Source: a virus
Lineage: Duplodnaviria; Caudoviricetes
IMG/VR virus record: IMGVR_UViG_3300016667_000529
Location: 1-36,014 of that record
DNA: 36,014 nt
Direction: 5' to 3' (one strand)
This document shows positions 17,941 to 25,685 of this stretch, piece by piece. Position numbers and translations under genes: made by a program. Position 1 is the first letter of the stretch, and every line of letters starts with the position of its first letter. The notes under the pieces are model-generated. The model had not been told where the DNA came from and did not search any database. It saw nothing but the letters and a program-made list of their open reading frames with translations.

Positions 17941-18328
17941 CCAACCCCAGCATTTCAGCGAAGCCGCTCAAGGTGTCAGCAAGCGTGTCACCGAACAGCT
18001 TCATAGACAGATCGAAGATGTCGCCAGCCTCGCCGGTCGCGAAGTCCTTCCATCGCCCAGTACTCAGAGAAACACCCAGAGATGGCTTGGTGTCATCGCG
18101 CCAAGGAGTGGTGCATACCCACCATCCACCCTGCTTACTACCGTGACGCAGCCAGTGACTGCATAGCGCCTCAATGTGCGCGGATGTCAGGTGAGACTTG
18201 ATGTTCTCAATGGAGTGGGTCCGGGTGTTGACGATCCTGCGCGGAGCGGAAAGGCGGGACGCTTGGGCGCTGGCTCGATGGGTTTTAGCGTGAGCTTGGA
18301 CAGCACCATCGCACCCGGACTTGTTCAT
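17924..18328 (-). CDS. Stand-alone primase N-terminal (CHC2 zinc-finger-like) domain protein; start uncertain
   Basis: CTTPWRDDTKPSLGVSLSTGRWKDFATGEAGDIFDL matches the DnaG ZBD pattern CPFH.D..PS..V......CF.CG..GD with most Cys/His ligands replaced. Confidence 0.75.
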   Translation of the reverse strand: MNKSGCDGAVQAHAKTHRASAQASRLSAPRRIVNTRTHSIENIKSHLTSAHIEALCSHWLRHGSKQGGWWVCTTPWRDDTKPSLGVSLSTGRWKDFATGEAGDIFDLSMKLFGDTLADTLSGFAEMLGLGDGKG

Positions 18329-18330
18329 AG

Positions 18331-18402
18331 TAGATACCCTTTCGCAAACGAGTCGTCAAACTCGCGAACTACTAACCTGTCCCAGAAGTGGGTCAGGTGT
18401 CA
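18331..18402 (-). promoter_or_regulatory. Putative promoter(s) for the replication genes
   Basis: TTGACG-17 bp-TATCTA (18359-18331), with a second TTGACA at 18402-18397. Confidence 0.5.
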
Positions 18403-18416
18403 ACGGGGTGTGGATA

Positions 18417-18674
18417 TTATTCGTCGATGCGGCCCTGCGTGTACAGGCTGCAGAGCGAGAGGAGGAATAGACGCTCCGTCGGATTCAGCTTCAGGGGAGC
18501 GGACAGTCGCTCAATGTGATCGACCGCGGAACCCGGAAGGTCGATGGCTAGTCGGCAGATAATCTTTGCCTGCTCAGTGATCATGCTCATGCGGTCGATG
18601 TCCAGAGAGATGGGCTGAGCCGCAGCCGGCGATGAGGTGAGAGCGAGCGAGAGTGCGATCAGGATTTTATACAT
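18417..18674 (-). CDS. Small exported protein with Sec signal peptide (85 aa)
   Basis: MYKILIALSLALTSSPAAA|Q signal peptide; GGAG RBS; two Cys in the mature part. Confidence 0.7.
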   Translation of the reverse strand: MYKILIALSLALTSSPAAAQPISLDIDRMSMITEQAKIICRLAIDLPGSAVDHIERLSAPLKLNPTERLFLLSLCSLYTQGRIDE

Positions 18675-18749
18675 TGCGTTGCTCCGGTATCTTTGTTTGA
18701 GATTTACAGTATGTGACCTAACGCGCGGATTGATTGCGGAGGGGTTGGC

Positions 18750-18954
18750 GGTGGGGGAGTGACGGGCTTCCACCGTCTGCGCCGTTTGCAACCGGCTCTG
18801 GTCTGTCAATAGCTGGGCTTCCACCAACATTCAGCAAGGGCGGCACACCAGCGCTCTCTTGCCATAGCCCTGCCTCGGAAGGCGGACTAACCTTTGCTGG
18901 GACCGTCTAAACGATCGCGAATGCTAACCCTACTCTTGGCAGGGAAGACGGCCC
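18750..18954 (-). ncRNA. Putative structured non-coding RNA with two T-loop-like hairpins
   Basis: Has its own promoter, nested stems, and two 5-bp hairpins with the identical loop UGGAAGC (see findings). Confidence 0.55.
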
Positions 18955-18956
18955 GC

Positions 18957-18985
18957 ACACTAGCCTAACGCGCGGGGTTAGGCAA
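18957..18985 (-). promoter_or_regulatory. Putative sigma70 promoter of the ncRNA
   Basis: TTGCCT-17 bp-TAGTGT; overlapped by the inverted repeat GCCTAAC/GTTAGGC. Confidence 0.55.
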
Positions 18986-18988
18986 GGT

Positions 18989-19270
18989 TCACCCTTCCCC
19001 CACGATCTTGGCCGGGTCGAGGGCGCGGATTGCTTCGCGCAAGGTTCGCCGGGTCCATTGACCAACAGTTTCGCATTCGCCCGACGGCGTCTTACTTGGC
19101 GCAACGGTTGCCGCCGCCTCAATCGCCAACCGCGCGCCTTCCAGCTTGCCGCGTTGCTCTGCTGCGATGCGGTGGCGGGCAACATGACGAGCAAGCGCAG
19201 CCTTTTCGTGCGTGGACAGCCATGCGTGGTCAACAATGTCACGATCTTCCTGCGTCACTTCAACCATCAT
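18989..19270 (-). CDS. Hypothetical protein
   Basis: Coupled ORF in the minus-strand operon; ARHRIAAE..GARLAIEAAA..AIRALDP phage-type helical protein. Confidence 0.65.
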   Translation of the reverse strand: MMVEVTQEDRDIVDHAWLSTHEKAALARHVARHRIAAEQRGKLEGARLAIEAAATVAPSKTPSGECETVGQWTRRTLREAIRALDPAKIVGEG

Positions 19271-19499
19271 GCGTCCTTTCGAGTTCTGCGCGGACGGCTA
19301 AGATTGGAAAGCCTGTGTCCGAGTCAATAAGGTGCGGCGGACAGTAATCTTCATTCATACAATGTGGACGTGATGTTTCGCTGCCCCACCTGCTGCCTGT
19401 CCAGCAGGTATTTTTAATTGGAAATCCGTTACGGCAAATCATGCGCCGATCAATGTATGCGCTACATGGCCCCCGCGCGATCTTCGCTGCGTCAGTCAT
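19260..19499 (-). CDS. Hypothetical Cys-containing protein
   Basis: ATGA coupling with the upstream gene; lower-GC interior. Confidence 0.5.
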   Translation of the reverse strand: MTDAAKIARGPCSAYIDRRMICRNGFPIKNTCWTGSRWGSETSRPHCMNEDYCPPHLIDSDTGFPILAVRAELERTHDG

Positions 19500-19822
19500 G
19501 GCTTGGCTCCTGCGAGGGCAGCTATTTGCATGCGAGACTGTGCGTGGATGCGCGCGGCTTCAACTGGCATCCCATCGACACGCCAAAAATACCGGAACAT
19601 CCATTCCTCTAGTGCGCTCAGCAACGCCTTCTCCCGCTCCTCCGCAGCGCGCAGGGCTTCGGTCAGGCGGGTGATTTCGGCGGGTGATCCCACCGGCTCC
19701 TGCGGCGCTGGCTGCATCGCTGCGATAGCGGCTTCGGCCAGCCCGGTCAGCGCATGGGGCTTCAATCGCATTCCGCACATTTCGCCCAGATAGTCTGACA
19801 GGGCCTTCTCGATCTGGTTCAT
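19496..19822 (-). CDS. Hypothetical protein
   Basis: AAGGA RBS; ATGA coupling at both ends. Confidence 0.65.
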   Translation of the reverse strand: MNQIEKALSDYLGEMCGMRLKPHALTGLAEAAIAAMQPAPQEPVGSPAEITRLTEALRAAEEREKALLSALEEWMFRYFWRVDGMPVEAARIHAQSRMQIAALAGAKP

Positions 19823-20118
19823 GTCGGTTCCTTCGGTTGGTGCTGGCGCATTTCAGCAACCTTGTCCTTGGCTAGCGCGGTGGCGAGAATATCGCGCAGC
19901 TTTTCGCGTTCGCGCTTCTCATCAGCGGTTAGCGGCTGGCACCATTCGCAGCGCCGGGTGCAGAGGCAGGTTCCTTCACCTTCGTCATAGGTGTCGCACT
20001 GCCAATCCCACGAACAGCCATAGGTAAAGCCCTCGCCCCCGCAGTTGGCGCAATCATTGGCGTCGTCATCATAGTTGTAGCAGTCGCAGTTAGCGCGATC
20101 GCATTGGTTGCAGTCCAT
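19819..20118 (-). CDS. Cys-rich zinc-finger protein (99 aa, starts MDCNQC)
   Basis: CNQC, CDC, CANCGGEG (DnaJ-type CxxCxGxG), CLC, CEWC. The ORF-track extension to 20379 overlaps another gene. Confidence 0.65.
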   Translation of the reverse strand: MDCNQCDRANCDCYNYDDDANDCANCGGEGFTYGCSWDWQCDTYDEGEGTCLCTRRCEWCQPLTADEKREREKLRDILATALAKDKVAEMRQHQPKEPT

Positions 20119-20179
20119 CACACACCCCGCGCTTTGAGTGCTGCGGCTGCGAGGGCTAGGGCCTCGGTGTCGGTCATGG

Positions 20180-20740
20180 TCATTGGGGTTCTCCAAGGGC
20201 TGCGCGGGCTTCTGCTTCGCTGGCGTGTTCGGTGTAGGTGAACCGTTCATCAGCGTCCGGGTCATTCGATACGTAAACAGCGCACCAGATTGATGGCAGG
20301 GCTGCGGCGCAATGGATCTCGAACACATGGACGCCCGGTAGAGGGTCATAATCTTCATCAATGACTTCGCTCGGGTCAAACTTACAGTATTCGGGATAGT
20401 CTGGATGGTAAAACCAAGTGGGGTTTGTGAGTTTCTTCAACCGCGCATTCTCTGCCCGCAGTTCGCGGATTTCGGTGAGCATGGCGGGGGCGGAATTGTG
20501 GAGGGCGACGATCAGGGCGGCGTTGGACGTTGCCTCTTTCCATGAAATCCGACGCTCGGAATAATCTGCGTCACTCCAGTTGTGTTGGCAGTAAGCAAGG
20601 AATGTTCCGAGCGATCCGGCCTTACCGGGCAGGCAAACAGCCGTCGCATGGTCGCCTACCTCGATGGGGTCAAATTCCGTATCCCACTCCCCCGGCGTAG
20701 CAGCCGCCAACAGCCGCTCCAGTTCGTCAATGTCAACCAT
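20180..20740 (-). CDS. Ead/Ea22-like protein
   Basis: MVDIDELERLLAAATPGEW..NAALIVALHNSAPAMLTEIRELRAENARL signature; TGATG coupling. Confidence 0.75.
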   Translation of the reverse strand: MVDIDELERLLAAATPGEWDTEFDPIEVGDHATAVCLPGKAGSLGTFLAYCQHNWSDADYSERRISWKEATSNAALIVALHNSAPAMLTEIRELRAENARLKKLTNPTWFYHPDYPEYCKFDPSEVIDEDYDPLPGVHVFEIHCAAALPSIWCAVYVSNDPDADERFTYTEHASEAEARAALGEPQ

Positions 20741-21063
20741 CACTTCACACCTCGAATGATCCCGCGGCCGCGCTTGGTTATTCCCCAGATGCTGCTGTCC
20801 GGGGTGTTGCCGTAGCCATGATCGTCTGGAAGGGCGCGACTGTCGACCAGCCCCTTGAACCACAGCACCTGCATTGCATCCGCGCTGGCGCGCAGGTGGC
20901 GGCGCGCGACCATGCCCCAGTCCCCACATCCATCACCGGATATTCTTTCAAGGCGACGTAGGATCTTGATCTCGCGTTCGGTGACGGGCTCCGTCACAAT
21001 AACCTCAGGGCTGCCGACAGTGACGGCATACACCTTGATACCCGGATCATACGTAAACATCAC
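20740..21063 (-). CDS. Hypothetical protein, possible winged-helix
   Basis: TEREIKILRRL..LWFKGLVDSR..WGITKRGR wHTH-like pattern; GGAGG RBS. Confidence 0.6.
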   Translation of the reverse strand: MMFTYDPGIKVYAVTVGSPEVIVTEPVTEREIKILRRLERISGDGCGDWGMVARRHLRASADAMQVLWFKGLVDSRALPDDHGYGNTPDSSIWGITKRGRGIIRGVK

Positions 21064-21227
21064 TCGTCCTCCATACTAAGCACGATCTCAAACGTGCGGC
21101 CTGCCCAGATGAAGCCAATACGGGCGCTGCAATCCGGGCAGAAGGTGCGCAGCTTGTCGGCGTCTTCGATGATCCGCTTGCCCAGTTCGGCTGCGAACTC
21201 TGGCTCAGGTTTAAAATCTAATGTCAT
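21060..21227 (-). CDS. Hypothetical protein (start uncertain)
   Basis: MTLDFKPEPEFAAELGKRII..; coupled to the downstream gene. Confidence 0.5.
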   Translation of the reverse strand: MTLDFKPEPEFAAELGKRIIEDADKLRTFCPDCSARIGFIWAGRTFEIVLSMEDE

Positions 21228-21294
21228 CGGGGTTCCAGTCGTAAATGTCCCAGCCAAAGTTCAGCCAGAGCCAGTGGCGCAGGGCGGGGTTCAT
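21211..21294 (-). CDS. Trp-rich micro-protein (27 aa)
   Basis: MNPALRHWLWLNFGWDIYDWNPDDIRF; ATGA overlap with the upstream stop and GAGGA RBS. Confidence 0.5.
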   Translation of the reverse strand: MNPALRHWLWLNFGWDIYDWNPDDIRF

Positions 21295-21542
21295 TCGCCG
21301 TTGTCCTCAATCACTGCGTTGTTCCACCTCCACACATTGCAGCCCATGATCTCGAAGCATTGCGCAAGGCTTGGCTTTTCGTCCATGCCAAGCGAGTAAC
21401 GATGCCATCCGCCGCCTGCGTTTTCGCAAGTATCATAGCGTGCAGGAGCTTCGCCCTTGCCATACCATGTCAGGGTGTATCTCGATCTCATTCCGGCAGG
21501 CTTTACCTCAAGTACGGGGTACGCGAATATGCTGGTCATCAT
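21291..21542 (-). CDS. Hypothetical protein (MMTSIFAYP)
   Basis: ATGA coupling at 21539-21542. Confidence 0.55.
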   Translation of the reverse strand: MMTSIFAYPVLEVKPAGMRSRYTLTWYGKGEAPARYDTCENAGGGWHRYSLGMDEKPSLAQCFEIMGCNVWRWNNAVIEDNGE

Positions 21543-21763
21543 AGCCCGAAGTACTCCTCCAGATCGTTGCGGGTCAGCGCGCCGTCGATGCTTTCGCATT
21601 CGAGGTAGAGCCGGCCGATCTCCTTTAGTACGGCTCGCGTTGCGACTGCGGCGCGCGGCATCCACACACGGGCGTCAACCTCCCACCAACCATCATCGGT
21701 GTCATCGCCAGCCATCGCCCGCGCGATCCGGGTCAGGCGCGCATTAGGTTCAATACCTGTCAT
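21539..21763 (-). CDS. Hypothetical protein (MTGIEPN)
   Basis: GGAGG RBS; RIARAMA..W...AAVATRAVL pattern. Confidence 0.6.
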   Translation of the reverse strand: MTGIEPNARLTRIARAMAGDDTDDGWWEVDARVWMPRAAVATRAVLKEIGRLYLECESIDGALTRNDLEEYFGL

Positions 21764-21878
21764 CCCAGTCCTCCCTATCATCCAGTGGCGCCGTGATGAT
21801 CGCATAGAGGACAACCGAGAAGCTGACGATCACAGTGGTCAGCACTATGGTGACGGCGATAATCTGCGGCGTGGTCAT
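21750..21878 (-). CDS. Single-pass membrane micro-protein (42 aa)
   Basis: MTTPQIIAVTIVLTTVIVSFSVVLYAIITAPLDDREDWDDRY; ATGA-coupled. Confidence 0.6.
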   Translation of the reverse strand: MTTPQIIAVTIVLTTVIVSFSVVLYAIITAPLDDREDWDDRY

Positions 21879-22144
21879 TTCTTCTTCCTCTCTTCCTCAC
21901 GGGCCTTGCGTTCGCGCATGATCCGCGCCCGGGCCAGATTGATTGCGTCGTCGAGATACTTCGCTTCACAAGTGGCCTCGTCCTTTCCCATACACACTGT
22001 GGCGACCGCATTGCCGTCGGCCATGTCGATGTTTGGGCCGCGCGTCCCCAAGCTGACGATCACATAATCATCCTGATCCATCATCAGGGAATACAGGTCA
22101 GCCTGAAGGCGCAGGATCCGACTGCGGGGCCAAGCTTCGCTCAT
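21875..22144 (-). CDS. Hypothetical protein (MSEAWPRS, 89 aa)
   Basis: GAGG RBS; ATGA coupling at both ends. Confidence 0.6.
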   Translation of the reverse strand: MSEAWPRSRILRLQADLYSLMMDQDDYVIVSLGTRGPNIDMADGNAVATVCMGKDEATCEAKYLDDAINLARARIMRERKAREEERKKK

Positions 22145-22269
22145 TTCTTCTTCCTCTCGGACATCAACTTCCAGAACCTGCGGTCTTCGTCGGACATCGG
22201 TTGCAAGCCAGCGTAATCTTCCGCCGGCCGGGATGTGGATCGGACCACGCCATTGATGATGTAGCGCAT
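22141..22269 (-). CDS. Hypothetical micro-protein (42 aa)
   Basis: MRYIINGVVRSTSRPAEDYAGLQPMSDEDRRFWKLMSERKKK; TGATG and ATGA coupling fill the gap exactly. Confidence 0.55.
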   Translation of the reverse strand: MRYIINGVVRSTSRPAEDYAGLQPMSDEDRRFWKLMSERKKK

Positions 22270-22565
22270 CACTCAATGTCCTTCACGAACACGCCGCCCA
22301 CCATGCGGCCCTTCCGATCCTTAATCTCCTGCCACGCCTGTTCTATGCAGCCCTCGATGGACACGCCGGTCTGCTCAGCCATGATCGTGAGCACCACAAC
22401 CATGTCGCCGATGGCATCCCAGACCTCGCTCTGCCGGCTCCGGGCAAGGCCGGCGGCCAGCTCACCCATCTCCTCGGCCAGCTTGATGAACTGCTTGTCG
22501 GCGCTGCTGCCATCAATCAGGTTGCGGTCACGCGCCCAACCGCGGATGTCTTCGAAACGGTTCAT
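22269..22565 (-). CDS. MazG-like nucleotide pyrophosphohydrolase
   Basis: WARDRNLI..QFIKLAEEMGELA..DAIGDMVVVL..AWQEIKDRKGRMVGGVFVK. Confidence 0.9.
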   Translation of the reverse strand: MNRFEDIRGWARDRNLIDGSSADKQFIKLAEEMGELAAGLARSRQSEVWDAIGDMVVVLTIMAEQTGVSIEGCIEQAWQEIKDRKGRMVGGVFVKDIE

Positions 22566-22574
22566 TGCATTCTC

Positions 22575-23189
22575 CTATACTGGCATCTTCGACAGCGGTT
22601 TACGCTGCTTGGTCAGTCCATACTTCACACGCTCGAGCTCGAGCAGCTCACGCTCACGCTGCTCACGCAGTGCGGCGGCATCATTCGTGCGACTTGGATC
22701 CCACTGCATGGGGCCGCGCTTCTTCTTATGGATGGTGGTGCGCAGCGCATTGGCCACGAACCTGTCGCAGGTGTCACCCTGAAGGAACGCGAACACCTTG
22801 CGAGGATTGGCCAGCACCAGCGTCGATAGCCCGTTCAGCGGCACCCCGCTCTCTCTCATCCATGCCATCACCTCACGGCGCAGATCATCTGATTCCTCAA
22901 CGGACAGGAGCTCGTCGATCCACGAAGCCTCCTTCGCCACCTCCTGCTTCGCATCCCTGACAGGCTTCTGGAACACACCGCTATCGAAGCGGGGTGGCCA
23001 CGTCAGCCGGCAGCTCAGGAAGTACAGCCACTGATCGAGCTCATCCAGCGTGACGCCAATGTATTTCGCCGCTGCCTGCCTGCTCTTGCAGTCGTTCGCC
23101 GCCGCATCACATAGCCGCAGCAGCCATTGCCTCTGCTCCGGTGTAAGGTGCTCGACCTCACGCCATGTCATGCGGGGGTGGTCAGTCAT
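22575..23189 (-). CDS. Hypothetical protein with HTH-like segments
   Basis: SRQAAAKYIGVTLDELDQWL HTH-like; start assigned to MTDHPR. Confidence 0.6.
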   Translation of the reverse strand: MTDHPRMTWREVEHLTPEQRQWLLRLCDAAANDCKSRQAAAKYIGVTLDELDQWLYFLSCRLTWPPRFDSGVFQKPVRDAKQEVAKEASWIDELLSVEESDDLRREVMAWMRESGVPLNGLSTLVLANPRKVFAFLQGDTCDRFVANALRTTIHKKKRGPMQWDPSRTNDAAALREQRERELLELERVKYGLTKQRKPLSKMPV

Positions 23190-23448
23190 TGGCCAGCCGA
23201 TCTGCCACCAGCTTGGCATACCCGGCGATGTCCACCCATGAGTCGGCGTATCGCGGATCCCCGTTCACGATCCGGCCGATCTTGTGAGCGATCATATCGA
23301 GAGCCTCGACCATGTCGTCCTCCATCTTAACGAACGACGGGCCCTGCCTGATCTCATACTTAATAGCCTGCGTGATGCGGGCATGATCCTTAAACTCACC
23401 GTATCGCGAGCCACGCTCGGTCAGCACTGCGTCGATATCTTCCGCCAT
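23182..23448 (-). CDS. DUF6378-like protein (all-alpha NTP pyrophosphatase-related)
   Basis: LTERGSRYGEF..EALDMIAHKIGRIVNGDP..DSWVDIAGYAKLV. Confidence 0.85.
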   Translation of the reverse strand: MAEDIDAVLTERGSRYGEFKDHARITQAIKYEIRQGPSFVKMEDDMVEALDMIAHKIGRIVNGDPRYADSWVDIAGYAKLVADRLAND

Positions 23449-23606
23449 CTTTTCTCTCCTTCCTTGCGCACCTCGATGTGCATCGTGGTCGCGTCATCCA
23501 TTTCGTACAGGTACAGATACCTCTCGGCCTCAGCTATTGCCCGATCGTCGTCGCCGAACCCTGAGGCAATGACCAACCCGAACTGCTTGATGCGCCAGCT
23601 CAGCAT
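23421..23606 (-). CDS. Hypothetical protein
   Basis: MLSWRIKQFG..; fills the operon gap, GGGG RBS. Confidence 0.5.
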   Translation of the reverse strand: MLSWRIKQFGLVIASGFGDDDRAIAEAERYLYLYEMDDATTMHIEVRKEGEKRWRKISTQC

Positions 23607-24157
23607 CGTCCCCACTCACGGATACGGGTGGCATAGGCCGGCGGGATCTGCCCGGCATTGCGCCAGTAGGTACCCATCGCCGGGCTCACACCCAGCTTGC
23701 GGCAGATCTCCGTCTGGTTCAGGCCGGTCAGCTCCTTCGCTCGTTCCATCGTCAGCTTGTGGTGCTGCGACTGGACCAGATAATACAGATCCTCGAACGC
23801 CTTCAGCGGCACCTCTTCAAGGCCCCACCTCCATGCCTCGACCTTCTTCTTGCCTACCCCATGCAGCTTGGGCAGGTGGCGCAGGCCGACACCGCACGCA
23901 GCGACCATCGATTTATATGCGACGGACAGCTGCTTGTAATCGAGCCGGCGCTGCCGCCCTTCATAGTCCGGCGTGACCTGCTCGATGGTGGCATTGATAG
24001 CCTCGGCCACCTTCGCCCGATACTGCTCCGGTATCTCCTTCTGTCGCCGCCACTTCTCGATGGTGTAGCGATTGATCGGATACCCCAGCAGCCGGACCAT
24101 TGCGGATATGCCACCGACGCGCTTGAGAATTGCGCCGAATGAGAGACGCTGTTCCAT
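23600..24157 (-). CDS. Multi-HTH Cro-like protein
   Basis: GGISAMVRLLG..TIEKWRRQKEIP, LPKLHGVGKKKVEAW and QTEICRKLGVSPAMGTYWRNAGQIP. Confidence 0.7.
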   Translation of the reverse strand: MEQRLSFGAILKRVGGISAMVRLLGYPINRYTIEKWRRQKEIPEQYRAKVAEAINATIEQVTPDYEGRQRRLDYKQLSVAYKSMVAACGVGLRHLPKLHGVGKKKVEAWRWGLEEVPLKAFEDLYYLVQSQHHKLTMERAKELTGLNQTEICRKLGVSPAMGTYWRNAGQIPPAYATRIREWGRC

Positions 24158-24330
24158 CAGTCCGCCTGTACAAATCGGCCGCGCTCGTCACGCTTGGGTC
24201 CACGCTTCATCCGCTCGCGCATCAGCGTGTCGATTGCCTTGCGCAGATACTGTTCCTCAGCCCGGCGCATAACCAGCTGTTGCTCCAGCTCACGGACCAC
24301 CAGCCACGGCAGGAAGATACGTTTCAGCAT
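24157..24330 (-). CDS. Hypothetical protein (57 aa) with RDERGRF motif
   Basis: MLKRIFLPWLVVRELEQQLVMRRAEEQYLRKAIDTLMRERMKRGPKRDERGRFVQAD; AAGGGA RBS; TGATG coupling. Confidence 0.65.
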   Translation of the reverse strand: MLKRIFLPWLVVRELEQQLVMRRAEEQYLRKAIDTLMRERMKRGPKRDERGRFVQAD

Positions 24331-24331
24331 G

Positions 24332-24583
24332 TCACAGTCCCTTCTCTTTCAGTGCAGCCAGCAGTTCCTCGACAATATCGGACAGCTTGCGCGCCTCACC
24401 TGCCGGCACTGCGGGATCCGGTGTATTGCGCAGCTCCTTGAGGTGCGCTGACACTTCCTTGACGCGCGCCTTGGGGATCTCGCCGCGCGCTTTCCACCAT
24501 CCGACAGCGGCGGAGCTGACGCCGATAGCCTTGGCCAGATCCTTCTGGCCTCCATGATACTGGTACTCTTTCGGGAACTTCAT
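24332..24583 (-). CDS. Cro/YdaS-like HTH protein (83 aa)
   Basis: GGQKDLAKAIGVSSAAVGWWKARGEIP; ATGA coupling at 24580-24583. Confidence 0.8.
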   Translation of the reverse strand: MKFPKEYQYHGGQKDLAKAIGVSSAAVGWWKARGEIPKARVKEVSAHLKELRNTPDPAVPAGEARKLSDIVEELLAALKEKGL

Positions 24584-24777
24584 ACTTCTTCTCCTACGTA
24601 TTGAGCGATGCCCTCGTCCTCGAACGCCGCCCACAATTCGTGCTCGGGCTTCGCCATCAGCTCCGCATACATCCGTTCGGTCAGCTCGAGCCTCAGCTCG
24701 TGCAGGCTCATCCTCCACACCAGCTTCTCGGCCAGATCCCAGACCCTCTCCGAATGCGAAATCTCCATGCCGTCCAT
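24580..24777 (-). CDS. Acidic hypothetical protein
   Basis: GGAGG RBS; Glu-rich helical sequence. Confidence 0.65.
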   Translation of the reverse strand: MDGMEISHSERVWDLAEKLVWRMSLHELRLELTERMYAELMAKPEHELWAAFEDEGIAQYVGEEV

Positions 24778-24840
24778 TGTCTACCTCCTCGATTGTCCGA
24801 TGCCCCGGGAAAGGGAACACGGGTGGTGCAGCGCGCGGCC

Positions 24841-24981
24841 TCATCGCGTCGCCATCCAATAGATAACGTAGCCCCAGCTGCCTGCGCTGTGAGCAATCGC
24901 CCACACCAGCGAGCCATGCGTGCCGCCGCTCAGCGCCGCAGCCAGCGCAGCGCCTGTCCAGTAAACATCACGCTTACGCAT
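24841..24981 (-). CDS. Small membrane protein (46 aa)
   Basis: MRKRDVYWTGAALAAALSGGTHGSLVWAIAHSAGSWGYVIYWMATR; GGAGG RBS; resembles the small-membrane-protein pattern S..WAI.H...SW.YVIY. Confidence 0.65.
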   Translation of the reverse strand: MRKRDVYWTGAALAAALSGGTHGSLVWAIAHSAGSWGYVIYWMATR

Positions 24982-25210
24982 CGCGCCGTGCCTCCGCGTC
25001 ACCGAAGCAGGTCAGGCCGCTGAGCAGGCGCTCTGCCTCCGCAATCCCGCCCGCGGCCATGCGCTCCAGCCCTGTCTGCAAGTACCGCACCGTCCGCTCC
25101 GCCTCCTGTGCTCGCTCCGCGAAGTCAGTCACATCATCGGTCAGCTCCGCCTCTATCCTCTCAAGGTTCTCGATGTACCGGACGACGATCTCAGTCATCT
25201 TGTCATGCAT
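24974..25210 (-). CDS. Coiled-coil hypothetical protein (MHDKMTE)
   Basis: TGATG coupling at 25210. Confidence 0.6.
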   Translation of the reverse strand: MHDKMTEIVVRYIENLERIEAELTDDVTDFAERAQEAERTVRYLQTGLERMAAGGIAEAERLLSGLTCFGDAEARRDA

Positions 25211-25434
25211 CAGTCCCACCCCTTGCAGCCGCAATAGTATGCGTCGGTTTCCCATGCGCCGTGCGGCTGGAATGCGTGATCCTCATGCTTCCCCGGCGCC
25301 GTGTCCATGTACCCGCATACGCACTGGTGCAGCGCCATCCGCGACGTCTCGCTGCGGTCCTCGAAGAATGCCAGCATATGCCGGTCAGATGGGACAGTGT
25401 GCCCGCAGTACGTGCAGGATGCCATGCGCCTCAT
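25210..25434 (-). CDS. Small Cys/His-rich (zinc-binding) protein
   Basis: CTYC, CVCG, YYCGCKGWD. Confidence 0.7.
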   Translation of the reverse strand: MRRMASCTYCGHTVPSDRHMLAFFEDRSETSRMALHQCVCGYMDTAPGKHEDHAFQPHGAWETDAYYCGCKGWD

Positions 25435-25685
25435 GACAGCGCCTCGTCTGGCAGATCAACGCTAACATCCTGCACACGATTGGCCTTCGCCCGCTCCAGC
25501 GCATCCTCGAGCGCCTCTTTCAGCGTATCACCATACCCATGCTCACACGGAGCCGTGTCTCGATAGTACCCGGACCACCACACCGTAGCCATGCACTTCC
25601 CGGACAGGCGGATGCCGACGTCTACGCGCTGCAGATCGTTCTGACGGACGATCTCGCGCAACGAATTCTCTAACTTACCAGTCAT
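25431..25685 (-). CDS. Hypothetical protein
   Basis: TAATG and ATGA coupling; GYGDTLKEALEDA HicB-like motif (weak). Confidence 0.6.
   Translation of the reverse strand: MTGKLENSLREIVRQNDLQRVDVGIRLSGKCMATVWWSGYYRDTAPCEHGYGDTLKEALEDALERAKANRVQDVSVDLPDEALS

Noticed and set aside
18351-18361. AGTCGTCAAAC, also present at 30080-30090
   Set aside because: An 11-bp match is expected by chance many times in 36 kb; kept only as a weak hint because both copies are intergenic.
18675-18830. Upstream extension of the exported-protein ORF
   Set aside because: The signal peptide and RBS define the ATG at 18674; the extension runs through the structured RNA.
18745-18830. tRNA gene suggested by T-arm-like hairpins and nearby CCA
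   Set aside because: No acceptor stem, D-arm or anticodon arm could be built, and the loop is not TTCRA.
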